A stretch of 64,000 nt of DNA from the human T2T-CHM13v2.0 reference genome, Homo sapiens: the NCBI RefSeq assembly GCF_009914755.1, contig NC_060935.1, one strand, 5' to 3'. Shown piece by piece: positions 13,216-30,789 of the stretch. Numbering within the stretch: the first letter of the stretch is position 1; every line of letters begins with the position of its first letter. The notes under the pieces are model-generated. The model was not told the origin of the DNA. It did no database searches and worked only from the letters and a program-made list of their open reading frames with translations. The translations under genes and the position numbers were made by a program.

Positions 13216-13399
13216 AATAGCAAGAGTTATACTCACTGAATTGAATTGTTTGGGTGGGGACAGCATTATCAGCATTCCTTCTCCACCCTAGCCTGCAGCA
13301 TCTTGGCTATCCTTTCTTCCTTATTTCAGTCTTCTAGTTCCCTTAAGCTGCAAATGGACTGCTGTTTGGTTTGCTTTTTGGAAAATGTTTCTAAACTTG

Positions 13400-13976
13400 T
13401 ATGTTTAGTATTGATCAAAGGAAAAAAAAGATAATGGACTCTTGTATACATTTAATTATTTATTGTGATAATTAAATATACACAAGCATGGAACTATAAT
13501 TCTATGCTTATAACATTCATGCAATCTTAAAAGCAAATCAGTTTACAAAGTAAATAAAAACAATATTGTGAAACCAGTACAAAACTTGTCAGCAACATTT
13601 AGTTAATCTAATGGATGATGTTATTGTGCTGAAGCTCATTTTCTTCTCAGAGATTGCTGATAATATCTAGTGTGTTGTTGATGATTCATTTTCTCACACT
13701 TTTCCCAGTTGCAACCTGCAGTTCTTGAGAATCTTCTTGCCCTGATGAAGGCCTTCCTTCCATCAGAAGCTTTATTTGTTTATTACTCGGTCATGTTGCC
13801 TTTGTTCTGGTAGCAGTTGTTCCTGGCACTAGTGATCCATGACCCAAATGAAGATGGCACCGATTATGTTGATGATGTGGACAATGCAGTCAGTTAAGGC
13901 ATTAGCCAGAGGAGAGCACAGTTTCTTAAAGGTGTCTACCCTGAGTGTCCACAGACCTCAGTTTGAGATACGCTGC
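13400..13976. mobile_element. Possible hAT-Charlie-type DNA element
   Basis: Right end gtccacagacctcagtttgagatacgctg resembles a Charlie terminal repeat; family and left edge uncertain. Confidence 0.3.
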
Positions 13977-15072
13977 TATGATACATTTTTGATTTGAGAA
14001 TTAAGTGGGTGTTTATAGTGAAGGAAAACCCTAAGTGCAAATAACAGGTGGAAACACCTTAGACAAGATGAGGCACCTCTGCCTTTCATTTTCTGTGTTT
14101 CACTAATGCAACTTAGCCTTTTTTCACTCAGTGTTTTACTTTTTAAGCCAGCTTTGACTTTGTGTGTGTGTTCAGGGCCCACTTAGCTACTAGAATTTTT
14201 GGTAGCACAAGGAAAGAATTAAAAGGGGGAAAAAGGCAAGTTTACAAAATTTGAGACTTCCCATAGTTACTGCCCTATTTACTTGGTCATCCTTTAGCTT
14301 CTTGTAAGAACTGCCATTGTTTTAGGATATTTTTGGTTATATAAATTTGCACGTAGGTTTTTTTTTTTTTTTGAAGTGGAACTCATCGCAGATTCCTGTT
14401 TGTTTTGTGAGAGTTCCTTATTCCACTAAGGTTGTTTGCTTGTGTAGTTGGGCAGCCTAATCAGAGGTGTGGAGGTGTAATTACTTCAACCATTCATTTA
14501 CTTCTTATAATCATTAGAATTTAAGTTAAATGAGCAGAAGTAATTGCATCTTTCAGATGAGCTGTAATTAATTTTAGGAACTAGTAGATTAGGAATGTGG
14601 TGCTTTAAGGTTCTGTTTCCAGAGACCTGTTGCAAGTAAAAGCAGTTATACTTGTGTTAATTTAAATGTGAGCCTTGGCACTCATTAGAGTGAAATGAAA
14701 TTGGGCTGGCTATTTACTTCCATCTACCTCTCTTCTCATGATCTCCATGAGCTTAATAGGTGCCCTTTAACAGTATCTTTATTTCTCCTAGATTTCTTTT
14801 TTCAGCCCATTGTAATTAAAGGCCTCTCCTGGGTTCGGTCAGAGAATGGGTTGCTGTCAGAACAAAAAACAGTTCCTGTCTAGTGGAGACTGGCTTAGCA
14901 ATAACTACCTTTTGCACTGCCTGTTACAGTTATGATCAAGGTACTTTCAGAGTCCAGGAAACACAGGTAACCACTACACTTTAAGTCACTGAAGAGCTGA
15001 TTTAGCAACTGTCCATTCATTTATTAACATTTCTTGGAGTACAGTGCTGATTGTGTTAATGATGGTGTTTAA

Positions 15073-15429
<357 letters not shown>

Positions 15430-15879
15430 AGGATTGCTTTGGTGTCAAGTGCAGTTTTTATTAATGTATATATGGAGAGTGGCAAATCTTTTCTCTAGAT
15501 TCATAAACAAATAATATCCTAATATTTTAAAATTAGGATATTAAGCTGCATTAAGTAAATGATATGCAACACTGAAATGTTTATTTTAGATAGATAAGAA
15601 AGGTTGAAGGAAAGGGGGGTTATTTAGTCTAAAGTCACTTTCATGAATGCTGATTTCTTGCGAGAGCTGTGATTGCCACCTTTTCTGGCCCAGCCATCCC
15701 TGCTGTATGAATGGTAATTTCTGCTCATTTCAGCCTTCTAGGCCGGTGCCAGCCTCCCTGCAGCTCCACCTGCCACCCACCAATTTCACCTTGCAGCTCT
15801 GCCAGTCTTCCTTTTCCTCTAGCCTGCTGAACCTCTGCCCAGCATCTGATAATCCTTATAGTATAGCTCCAGTGGTTCA

Positions 15880-16473
<594 letters not shown>

Positions 16474-16530
16474 TCAAACATCAGCCTGGATATTTCTGGT
16501 AGGGTAGATTCTTCTCTCTAGGATTCATTT

Positions 16531-16801
<271 letters not shown>

Positions 16802-17139
16802 TCTAGGATTCATTTAACCAGAATATTTGGTTAATCAGAATACTCCATTCTTTTTATCTGCAGTATTCTGATTCTTTTATCAAAAATCCAGTTATAATAC
16901 TAAAGAAAGTGTTTTGGTGGAACACAAATAGAACAGTGTGTGTAAGGAATGTGAATTGTGGAATAATAGTAATAGTAGCTAATAATCTGTCAGTTGTCCC
17001 AACCTTTTTCCTTTTTGCAGACATGGGAACACATAAGAGAGGAAAAATAAGCCTGAATTTTCTAGGATTTTGAGGATAATTCCTCTAATTTAATTTTTAC
17101 ATGGAATATAGTGGGAAAAAGCTAGGATAAGACTAATAG

Positions 17140-17443
17140 TGGCTGGGCGTGATGGCTTACAGCTGTAATCCCAGTGCTTTGGGAGGCTGAGGCAAATGGA
17201 TCATTTGAGTTCGAGTTGGAGACCAGCCTGGGCAACATGACGAAACCCCATCTCTACAAAGTATACAAAAAATTAGCTGGTGTAGTGATGCGTGCCTGTA
17301 GTCCCAGCTCCTTGGGAGGGTGAGGTGGGAAGAGCGATTGAAGATCTGGAGGTTGAGGATGCAGTGAACCATGATCATGCCACTCCACTTCAGCCTGCAC
17401 AACAGAGCAAGACCCTGTGTCAAAAAACAAACAAACAAAAAAA
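17140..17443 (+). mobile_element. Alu (AluJ-like)
   Basis: Sense dimer. Confidence 0.9.
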
Positions 17444-17530
17444 CTGGTAACACTTTGTAGATTATTTTATGTAAAATCAATTATGACAGATTTTCAGTTC
17501 CAATTTTTAGATTCTATGGTAAAATGTCTA

Positions 17531-18040
<510 letters not shown>

Positions 18041-18271
18041 AAAAGTCTTAATTTTTAAAGGTATTTTTAAAATGCCAAATATGACATTCTAAAATGTTGG
18101 TTTATCTGATTTGGTGATCATCTCTGGGTATACTGGAGAGTGTCTTCTATTTTGTTAAGAATGGGGAACCATCTCTAGGAGGGTTGTCAATGTCAGGTAA
18201 CATGTAAAAAAAAAATTGGAAAACTGCTGCCTGTATATAACTTGCTAGATTAATAATAATACTATCCCTGA

Positions 18272-18680
<409 letters not shown>

Positions 18681-19254
18681 AATCAGTAGTGGAATTTCTA
18701 TGATATTTCCTCATGCAAATCTAAAAAGCCATATTGCTTGCTGCTCTATGAAAGACGTGCCAAATAGTGTTCCCTTGTGTGTAAATATATACTGGAGCTT
18801 ATCCAAATGAAAGACCCAGGTTCAGTTTTTCTCTTTCGTATACAGGAAAAGTGATGATTTAATTTGGAAAACTGGTCTGTGTCTGTGTGTGGACTGGAGT
18901 GATAAGGCACTAATAGAAATAAGTATTCTGTCTAGTGTATTATCCCTTTCCAAATGAGAGCTATGTAAATTGGTTTTAGTTCGCTGTTGTGAGAATTTTC
19001 TCTTCTTCATTTATTTAATTTCCTTATTCCTTAAAATGTCTGAATGAAAGATAGGGGCCAAACGGTGGGAGTGGAGAGCAAGGGGAAGCAAATTAAAGTC
19101 AGTTGTGACAACAATTTACATATTATGGTTTTGGAACTTGTATTAGACTTTCTCTTCCTTCTATGAAAAAGTTACTCTGTAATACTAGAGAATCAAAAGA
19201 CTCTGAGACTAGCCTTCCAACTGTTTTATTATTTATTTTAAAACATTTTTAAAT

Positions 19255-19389
19255 TAAAAATTAATTATTTGTAGAGATAGGATCTTGCTATGCTTCCTTG
19301 GCTTGTCTCCAACTTCTAGCCTCAAGCCATCCTCCCACCTCAGCCTCCCAAAGTGTTGAGATTACAGGCATGAACCACCACACTCAGCC
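19255..19389 (-). mobile_element. Alu monomer (FLAM-like)
   Basis: Antisense left monomer. Confidence 0.82.
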
Positions 19390-19409
19390 TTCAACTGTTT
19401 TAAAAGTTG

Positions 19410-19677
19410 GTTGTAATCCCATCACTTTGGGCGGCTGAGGTGGGAGCATCATTTGAGGCCAGGAGTTGAAGACTGGTCTGGACAACACAGTGAGACCTGT
19501 CCCTATAGAAAAAAAGAAAATTAGCTGGGTGTGGTGGTGTGCACCTGTAGTCCCAGCTACTCGGAAGGCTGAGGCAAGAGGATCACTTGAGCCCAGGAGG
19601 TCCGCGCTGCAGTGAGCCATGATCACGCCACTGTACTCCAGCCTGGGCCACAGAGCGAGACCCTGTCTTAAAAAAAG
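19410..19677 (+). mobile_element. Alu (AluJ-like), 5' truncated
   Basis: Sense dimer starting at tgtaatccca. Confidence 0.9.
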
Positions 19678-19686
19678 GTCATTTTC

Positions 19687-19888
19687 CAACATGGAGAACC
19701 CCCGTTTCTACTAAAAATACAAAATTAGCCGGGCATGGTGGCGCATGCCTGTAATTCCAGCTACTGGGGAAGGGAAGGCTGAGACGGGAGAATCACTTGA
19801 ACCTGGGAGGCGGAAGTTGCGGTGAGCCCAGATCGTGCCATTGTACTCTAGACAATGTACTCAAGAGTGGAACTCCGTTTAAAAAAAA
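19687..19888 (+). mobile_element. Alu (AluSp-like), 5' truncated, inserted at the tail of the preceding Alu
   Basis: Starts ccaacatggaga; flanked by aaaaggtcatttt / aaaagggtcatttt. Confidence 0.88.
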
Positions 19889-20614
19889 GGGTCATTTTTA
19901 AAAAATTTATTTTTCATTTTTTTATAATTGGTTATGGAAAACTTAAGGAAGAACATTCTCTTTAAAAATTGTCAACTTTAGAGATAATCGAGGTGCCTTT
20001 TTTAGAGGCACACTGTTTGCGGGAGATTTGGGAAAGCTGTGTACCATGAAATAATGATGTTGACATATGAGCTAAGAGGGAGTTTTTAAAAACAATTCTG
20101 GTTTTCCTTAGGGGTGACTTTTGCTAAGGCTATTACTTTTTTCTAGTTCCAGCTCCATCACTGTACCTGTTTCTCAGTATGTGATGTTGCAGAGCTCCTC
20201 TTCCATTTTCATTTTATTTCTTCTTTCTTTCTCTTAAATGTTGGTGGTACCTTCTCAGCCCTTTCACTGTTTGCTTTCCTTGTATGATAACGTCACCTCC
20301 CAGGGTTCCAACCCTGACCTCATTTTCCTAAATTTTGGGCCCGATTTTTACCAGCCCAGGGGATATAACTACCCTGATGCTGATGTGCTTTAGGCAACAT
20401 CAGACTCAATCTGTCAAAAAATAAGTTTTTCTTTTCCTCCAGCTTGTTCTCTTTGTATTCCTTTTTGTTCAGTTATAACCTCATGCATCTGGTAAATCTT
20501 ATTGGGAAACACTGAATCCTTCTAACTCTTCCCATTTTTCACCCCATCCATTTTGTTAGCCCTGCAATTCTATATCTAAAATATCTTAAATTTGATTTTC
20601 TCTGTCTGCATTAA

Positions 20615-21014
<400 letters not shown>

Positions 21015-21229
21015 TGATTCTCTTATAATTCTTGAGGTTAGAAATTGGAAATAAAAGTGCCAGCAGTGCCATGCTCTGTCTGAGTTCTCTATGGGAGGAC
21101 CCTTCCTTGCCCTTTCTAGCTTCTCGTGGTTGCCAGCCATCCAGGGTATTCTTGGCTTGTAGATGTATCACTCCAATCTCTGCCTCTGCTGTCACATGTC
21201 ATTCTCCCTATGTGTCTCTGTTTATTATA

Positions 21230-23805
21230 CCGGCAGATGTCAGAGATATTGCAGGTTTGGTTGCAGACCACCGCAGTAAAGTGAATATCACAATACAGTG
21301 AGTCATGTAAATTTTTTGGTTTCCCAGTGCATGTAAAGCTTATGTTTACACTATACATAGTCTATTAAATGTGCAATAGCATTGTGTTTAAAAAATGTGC
21401 AGACCTTAATTACAGGACACTTTTTTGCTGAAAAATGCTAACAATCATCTGAGCCATCAGCGAGTTATAATCTTTTTTGTTAGTTAAGGGTCTTTCCTTG
21501 ATGTTCATGGCTACTGACTGATCAGGGTGGTGGCTGGTGAAGGCTGGAGTTCCTGTGACAATTTCTTAAAATGATAGCAGGTTTTGTCCCATTGATTGAC
21601 TCTTCTTGCACAAAAGATTTCTCTATACCATGAAATGCTGTTTGATAGCATTCACCCATAGTAGAACTTCTTTCAAAGTTGCAGTCAGTCCTCTCAAACC
21701 CTGATGCTGATTTTTATTAAGTAAGTTTATGTAATATTCTAAATCGCTTGCTGTCATTTTAGCAGTGTTCACCGCATCTTCACCAGGAGTCAATTGCACA
21801 TGGAGAAACTGATTTCTTTGCTCATCTGTAAGAAGCAACTCTTCATTCGTTCAAGATTGATCATGAGATTGCAGCAATTCAGTCACATCTTTAGGCTCTA
21901 CTGCTAATGCCACTTCTCTTGCTATTGCCATCACATCTGCACTTACTTCCTCCACTGAAGTCTTGAACCCCTTGAAGTCATATATAAGGGTTAAAAATCA
22001 ACTTTTTCCAGACTTCTATTAATGATATTTTGACCTCCTGTCATGAATTACCAATGTTCTCAATGATATTTAGAATGGTGAATCCTTTCCCGAAGGTTTT
22101 CAATGTACTTTGCTGAGATCCATCAGAGGAATTGCTGTCTATGGCAGCTATAGCCTTACAAAATGTATCTCTTAAATCATAAGATTAGAAAGTTGAAATT
22201 ACTTCTTGATCCATGGGCTACAGAATGGATGTTGTGTTAGTTGGCATGAAAACAATATTAATCTTTTTATACATCGCCATCATAGCTCTTGGGTAACCAG
22301 GTACATTGTCAATGAGCAGTAATATTGTAAAATGAACTTTTTTTTTTTTTTTTTCTGAGCAATAGGCCTCTAACCACACAGCGGATTAAAATATTCAGTA
22401 AACAGTGTACTGTCATTCAGGCTTTGTTCCATTTCTAGTGCACAGGAAGAGTGGATTTAGCATGCTTCTTAAGGAGTCTAGGATTTTCAGAATGGTAAAG
22501 GAGCATTGGCTTCAACTTAGTGTCACCAGCTGCTTTGGCTCCTAACAAGAGAGTCAGCCTGAAGCTTTGAAGCCAAACATTGACTTCTCCTCTGTAGCTA
22601 TGAAAGTCCTACATGGCATCTTCTTCCAATAGAAGTCTGCTTCATCCACATTGAAAGTCTCTTGTTTATTGTAGCCACCTTCATCCATACTCTTAGCTAG
22701 ATCTTCTAGAGAGCTTGCTGCAGCGTCTACATTAGCACTTGCTGTTTCACCTTGCTCATTTATATTGTAGGGATGGCTTCTTTTCTTACACCTCTTGAAC
22801 CAACCTCCGCTCACTTCAAACTTTTCTTCTGCAGCTTCTTCACCTCTCTTATAGAAATCATAGAATTGAAGAGAGTTAGGACCTTGGTCTGGATGAGGCT
22901 TTGGCTTAATGCAATATTGTGGCTGGTTTCATCTTCTCTACAGACCACTCAGACTTTCTGCATATCAGCAATAAGGCTGTTTTGCTTTCTTATCATTTGT
23001 GTGTTCACTGAAGTAGCATTTTTTTTTTCTACCTCATGGAACTAGGAGAAATGGAGTAGCACTTTTAATTTCCTTCAAGAACTTTTCCTTTGCATTCATA
23101 ATTTGACTGACAACAGAGGCCTAGTTTTCGGACTGTCTTGGCTTTTCTTGTGCCTCCCTCATGAAGTTTGATCATTTTATCTTTAAAGTGAGGGATGGCT
23201 GGGCATGGTATATTACACCTGTAATCCCAGCACTTTGGGAGGCCAAGGTGGGCAGATTGCTTGAGCTCAGGAGATTGAGACCAGCCTGGTCAACATAGCA
23301 AGACCCTGTCTCAAAAAAAAAATAATAATATAATGAATAAAAATAAAAATAAAGTGAGAGACATGCAAATCTTCCTTTCATTTGAACACTTGGAGGCCAT
23401 TGTAGGGTTATTAGTTGGCCTAATTTTAATATTGTTGTGTCTCAGAGAATAGGGAGGCAGAAAAAGAAAAACAGAGATGGAGGAATGCCTGGTTGGTGGA
23501 GCAGTTAAAACACACACAACATTTATTGACTAGGTTCACTGGCTTTTATAGACACTGTTCATGGCATCCCAAAACAATTACAATGGTAACGTCAAAGAGC
23601 ATTGGTCACAGGTCATCATAAAGATGTAGCAATAATGAAGAAATTGTAATATTGTGAGAATCACCAAAATGTGACAGAGACAGGAAATGAGCACATGCTT
23701 TTGGAAAAGTGGTATCAATAGACTTGCCCGATGCAGTGTTGTAAAAAACCTTCGATTTGTAAAAAAAAAAAAAACTGCAAAGTACAATAAAATGAGGTTT
23801 GCCTG
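21230..23805 (-). mobile_element. Tigger1 DNA transposon (TcMar-Tigger), near full length, defective
   Basis: Terminal inverted repeats (ta|ccggcagatgtc ... gaggtttgcctg|ta) with TA duplication; minus-strand transposase remnants [10 protein letters not shown] (ATG at 23400), [10 protein letters not shown]...[14 protein letters not shown] (22554-22814) and TPGEDAVNTAKMTASDLEYYINL (21623-21838). Confidence 0.93.
23197..23350 (+). mobile_element. Alu monomer (FLAM-like) inside Tigger1
   Basis: Left monomer plus A-rich tail; TSD aaagtgag(g/a)ga. Confidence 0.88.
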
Positions 23806-23852
23806 TATTTCAATTAGTCTTTCAATTTGAATAGAAACATCTAGGTGCCTAG

Positions 23853-24200
<348 letters not shown>

Positions 24201-25851
24201 TAACTACTGAATATCAACCAGTTTGCATTTTACTAAGAGCATGAGATGGAAGAGTATTTTGAATATCTGTATAGTAAATGAGCCAGAGAATGGGGACTAT
24301 GAATATACTGTTTCGTATTACTTTCAGCAGGTTTTACGTGCAACTGCGCTGGCTTCTCTGGGCTAACTTCTCAGACTAGATAATCTGGGGGAACATCATC
24401 AGGAGTTAGAGCTTTGTTCCAGTGTTGGCATTGCCACTAACCAGTATTATGGGTCCAAGCCATTGGCCCCATACTCTATTTTCATCAAAAATGAAAATAG
24501 CATTTGCCTTATATTTCTTGCAGGATTTTTGTGTGGGCCAATGGAAAGAATGCATAATAACATATTATGAAGATGTAGCATTTTTTTTTCACTTGCTCTT
24601 GGCAGGATCATTGTAATTGGAATTATTTCAGCTTTTTACAAGATTTAACTTTAACAGTTTCTTGTCAGTGTTATTATCATATTCCCTAAAAATGAGAAAT
24701 TATTGAAATGGTAATGCTTCTATTAGATGTTAAAGCATGGGCTTGTCCCACTCAAATTAGATCTGCTTAATAGGAAATGATTATAAGATATGATATAGTT
24801 TTGATTTGCCTTTTAAAAAATAATTATCTATCTTGATTTGAGAACCAAGAATTAGGTTGCCATTTAGGGCTTAATGAACAGGCAGTATAGATTTTGAGAC
24901 TTTATAGACATATCTACTGGTGCTTTAGTTCTGCTGGCTCAGGTCAGTGGTGTATACAAATTATTTAAAATGATGATCACAATTTGCACTTCTCAGAAGT
25001 GAAATCAATAATTCAGCAATTTTACAAAATTAACAGGCCAAACTGCAGATGACAGAACTCTTTCCCATGTTAGTTTCTGCACCGAAGACAGACAATGGCT
25101 TAGAAAAGTGCTTTCCTAGGTGTCTCTTATGATACACAGGTGTTTTGTAAATGTAATTATGCTGAAGGTGAGATCATCCAGGCAGTTATTGGTGAGAAAA
25201 GAAAATGATGAAATTGATAGGACATTGCTGGAGGGGCTGAGTGTGTTAATTAGAGACAAAAGAGACATTCAGTTAAGAATTGAAGGGGAAGATTCAGCTG
25301 GCTCAGTGAGAACATTGAATTGAGCCTTTTAGCTAGTTGATCCAGGAAAGGTGGTACAGTTAACTTTGTGTCAGAATCACCAGGAGCAGATATGTGGATG
25401 GTGCCCTAAAAACAAAACAATATTTAAAAGAAAAAAGAAGGAAAGATATTTCTTATTGGATCTGTGAGTTAAAAAGGAGCTCAGGCCCGGGGTTGAGGGA
25501 ATTAGGGAACAAGGGACAGGAAGTCTTAGCTTTTGGGACAGCTTAGAAAGTGAAGCACAGGCCGGAAAAGGCCAGCCTCGGAGGTTAAAGAAAGAGAATG
25601 CAGATCCTGAATAATCCTGAACAGGGAAAGTGCGTGAGAGTGATGGCATCCAGGTTTGTCAAGTTTAAACTCTCTTGGGTGCACAGCCTTTTCTTCCCAG
25701 TATTGCCTTCATTCCTCAGACTGCTCTAATGGAAATTAGAAATCTGTGAGTATTCATGGCTGGCTGAGTGTGATGTTTTGTGATATCCACCGGTAAGAGG
25801 GGATGAGAGGATGAAACAAGGATGCAGAAGCAAGATTGAAAGATACTCTCA

Positions 25852-26225
25852 GGTCAGGTATGGTGGCTCGGTGGTTCATGCCTGTAATCCCAGCACTATG
25901 GGAGACCAAGGAGGGAGGATCTCTTGAAGCTAGGAGTTGGAGACCAGCCTGGGCAAAGCAAGAATCCCCGCCCCCGCCGCCCACTCCTTGTCTCTACAAA
26001 AATAAAAAATTAAACCAGGTGTGGTGGCATGCACCTATAGTCCTAGCTACCCAAGAGGCTGAGGCAGGAGGATCGCTTGAGCCCAGGAGCTTGAGGTTGG
26101 AGTGAGCTATGTTCAAGCCACTGCACCACAGCCTGGGTGAGCCTGGGTGAGCCTGGGTGAGCCAAACCCCAACAACAACAACAACAACAAAAAAAAAAAA
26201 AAAAAAAGAAGAAAAGAAAAAGAAA
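25852..26225 (+). mobile_element. Alu (AluJ-like) with internal micro-duplications
   Basis: Sense dimer; (agcctgggtg)x3 near its 3' end. Confidence 0.9.
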
Positions 26226-26514
26226 GACACTGTTCCTACTTTAAGTCCTTAGGTTATGGCTTGGATTTGTATCTTTGAGATTGTGCTTTGTACTTCTGTC
26301 AGGATATATATTGGCACAAACTAATCCCAATTTAACCAAATAATCTGAACATTAAATCTGGCTAAAAGAAACAGAGGGGTGCTCTGTAGCTAACAGCTTA
26401 GTGTTATCACTCACACATGTGCAGTGTTAATAACATTTCATCTTTAATCATTAGAACATTTTAATGTTAAGTAGGATCATTGAAGATTTAGCCTTAACAG
26501 TAGTCAGCCTAGAA

Positions 26515-26745
26515 TAGTAGAAAGAGAGTGAGCTTTGGAGTCAGAGAAATGCTTTTCAATTCTAGGTCTGCGGCTAGTTAGCAGCTTGATTGTGAGCACA
26601 TCACCTGGCTTCTTTTGTGAGTTTTTTTCTTTGTCCTTAATATGGGAGCAATATTTACTTTATCTGCATATTTTTGGGATTCATTGAGATAACACATGTA
26701 AAGTATCTAGTACAATTTATGGTACTCGGTATTAAATGTTAGTTT
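26515..26745 (+). mobile_element. MIR
   Basis: gctttggagtcaga...gagataacacatgtaaagtatctagtaca...taaatgttag. Confidence 0.65.
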
Positions 26746-26894
26746 TCTCACCTTGTTCATCTGTAGCTAATGTTAAGACTAGAGAGAAATTAGACCAGAG
26801 TTATAAATAACCACCACCATGTTTCATTCAAAAGAGGATGTGAGATGATTTTTCTAAGCAATATCTTTACCTTACCTGGACACATGCATTATAT

Positions 26895-27031
26895 TTAATT
26901 ATTTTTTATTTTATTTTTTAGAGTCAGGGTCTCACTGTGTTGCCCAGGCTGGTCTCAAACCCCTGGTCTCAAATGATCCTCCCGCCTTGGCCTCCCAGAG
27001 TGCTGGGATTATAGGCGTCACTGTGCCTGGC
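26895..27031 (-). mobile_element. Alu monomer (FLAM-like)
   Basis: Antisense left monomer. Confidence 0.82.
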
Positions 27032-27142
27032 ATATGTTTAATGTTTCATATTCATGTGAGAGCTGTAGACCATGTATCATTGCTTAGTTTCCTGAATGTG
27101 CCTTGCAGTGGGAGTGCACCTGTACTTCTGTGGAATAGTTAA

Positions 27143-27310
<168 letters not shown>

Positions 27311-27899
27311 TAGCTGACTTTTTAAGGACCTTTCCTTATCTGAGATTTTGTGATTTTGTAAATAAAATGGTTTTCATTGTATCTTATCTGGATGATTTGA
27401 TTACTTCCCTGTTTCTCTCCCTAGCAAGTTAGCTCCATAAGAGTAGGCACCAAATCTTTGGGACTCAGGAGATGGACACATGATATATTTTTAGTAAGTG
27501 CTCATTACATGACTGAGCTTACAGGAAGTTGTGTCAGACTAGTGTTTGGAGAGGCTGAAGTCTACAGGTGGTCATTAACCACTTCATATTGGAACCACTT
27601 CTGAAACTTTGTATGTGAAGACAAATATCATTGTGACAACTCTTTTAGAATGTTATGTAGACTTACCAGAAAGAGGTTGATTAGAGTAGGCTTATTCAGG
27701 GAATTGATATTTGTATTAAATAATTAATTTTCTCTTCAGCAATGACAATTATATATAGTAACTCAGATTCAAGGGATATTGCTAAAATGTACAAATGATT
27801 TATATTTCCTGTTTGTAACAAAGCTTTGCATTTTCAAGATGTCATTTCAAAGGGTTGATTTTAATTTTATGGGAATGCCTTCTTTAAAGATGCCATTTA

Positions 27900-28466
27900 T
27901 ATTTTTTAACAGCTTTCTTAAGATATAATTCACTGCCATAAAATTTACCCTTTTAAGAATCCACTGGTTTTTAATATATTCAGAGTTGTACAACCATTAC
28001 TGCTATCTAATCTTAGAATATTTCTATCACCCCCAAAGAAACTCTATCCCCATTAGCTGTCACTCCTCATTCCCCATCTTCCCTAGCCCCTGGAAACTGT
28101 TACCAATATACTTTCTGTTTCTACATAATTGCCTGTTCTGGATTTTTCATATAAATTGAACCATATAATATGTAGCTTCTTGTGAAGTGCTGTGCTTACT
28201 TAGCATATTTCAAGGTTCATCCATATTTAAACATAGACCAGTATTTCACTCCTTTTTATTGACAAATGTTTTTCAGATATATGAATGCACCAAATTTTGT
28301 TATCAATTTGTCAGTTGAACATTTTAGTTGTTTCTTCTAATTTTTTTGGCTGTTAAGAATAATGTTGCTGTGAACATTCATGTACCTTTTTCTGTGTGAA
28401 CATATATTTTCATTCTCTTGGGTATATACCTAGGAGTGGAATTGCTGGGTCATATAGTAACTCTGT
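27900..28466 (-). mobile_element. L1MB-type 3' fragment
   Basis: gatataattcac..ccataaaatttacccttttaa ... gggtatatacctaggagtggaattgctgggtcata. Confidence 0.8.
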
Positions 28467-28844
28467 ATTACAACTCATTTTTACAAAGAGAAACTTAAGT
28501 TTATAAGCATTTAAATTGCATTCTTTATGATAGAAAGCATTTCAAGAGCCAAGTATATATTTAAATTAATTATTTTTCGTAACAAATTCAGACAGGGCCT
28601 TTATATGCTGGTGACAACAGAATGACTTAGAAGGTATTTAAAGAAGTATCATTTCTGCATTCTATTAATTATAGATGGATAACTATTTTAAACTCTCATC
28701 ATCAGTAAATGCGAGACAAAAGCAATGTTTACATAAGTGCAAAGGGTGGTAAGAGGAATGGGAGGAGAAGACAAGAAGATGCAAAGAACAGTGTTGAGCA
28801 AGGACGAAAGAGGTGAAGGAGAAAGAAAATGAGACATTTACTCG

Positions 28845-28935
28845 CATATTCATTCAACAGATGTATTTAGCACTTGCTGTGTGTCAGGTACTGCTCTAGG
28901 CCTTGGGAATATAGGCCAGACAGAGGTCCTGTTTT
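28845..28935 (-). mobile_element. L2 3' end
   Basis: attcattcaacagatgtatttagcacttgctgtgtgtcaggtactgctctagg. Confidence 0.65.
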
Positions 28936-29393
28936 CCTGGGTTTACATGACTGTGGACCTGCTGCAAATATGGTATACATGTTGTTATTGCTTGGTGTTG
29001 AGAGTTAGTAGGTGCCATGTGTAGCCTTTATTTCCTCCAGATAGCTGCCTTCTTTTGTGTGTTCCATAGACTGATTTGTACATACTTTCTTGATAGTAGG
29101 CATACAGCGTAGGAATCTTATATGAGAATATGATATCTGTTCTTCATCCAATCAGATCTATTCAGGAAATACTTATTGACCACCTACTACACTTCAGGCA
29201 CTGTTGTAGATATGGAGATTGTATATGTATGTACACTGAGTAGCCCTAGTAAGTCATTCCTTCTTGAGCCCTGCCTTCCTCATTTTTGCAGTGTGGATAA
29301 TAATAATGGTAATGCCTTCTTTTTAAAATGAAGATTAAGTCCCTTTTGTGAGCTGTACCTAGCATAGTACCTGGTACATAGAAATCAATAATT

Positions 29394-29710
29394 GGTCTGG
29401 GCGTGGTGGCTCACACCTGCAACACCAGCACTTTGAAAGGTCTAGGTAGGAGGATTGTTTGAACCCAGGGGTTGGAGACCAGCCTAGGCAACATAGCGAG
29501 ACCCCATCTCTACAAAAAATATAATAAATTAGTTGTGCGTGGTGGCACACGCCTTTAGTCCCAGCTACTTGGGAGGCTGAAGCAGGAGGATCACCTGAGC
29601 CCAGGAGGTCAAGGCTGCAGTGAGCCATGATGAAGCCTTGCACACTCTAGCTTGAGTGACAGAGTGAGACCTGTCTCAAAAACAAAACAAAACAAAAAAC
29701 AAACAAAAAA
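29394..29710 (+). mobile_element. Alu (AluJ-like)
   Basis: Sense dimer. Confidence 0.9.
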
Positions 29711-29914
29711 TCCCCCAAGAAATCAGCAAATAGTGGATATTATAATGACACTAGTTTTTAAATAGAAAAGGCAAAGTAACATCACTATTAAAAATATTCC
29801 AAAAGAGAAATGTTTCTCTGGCTTTCTATGATGATAAACTTTATTATATTTTTAATTTAACCTCCCATGTTCACATGCACACACTTAAAAAAATATAAAT
29901 ATTATAATTGTATC

Positions 29915-30789
<875 letters not shown>

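Noticed and set aside
22554-22814. Transposase-like ORF as a domesticated TIGD gene
   Set aside because: Short fragment of a Tigger1 copy with stops, frameshifts and an Alu insertion
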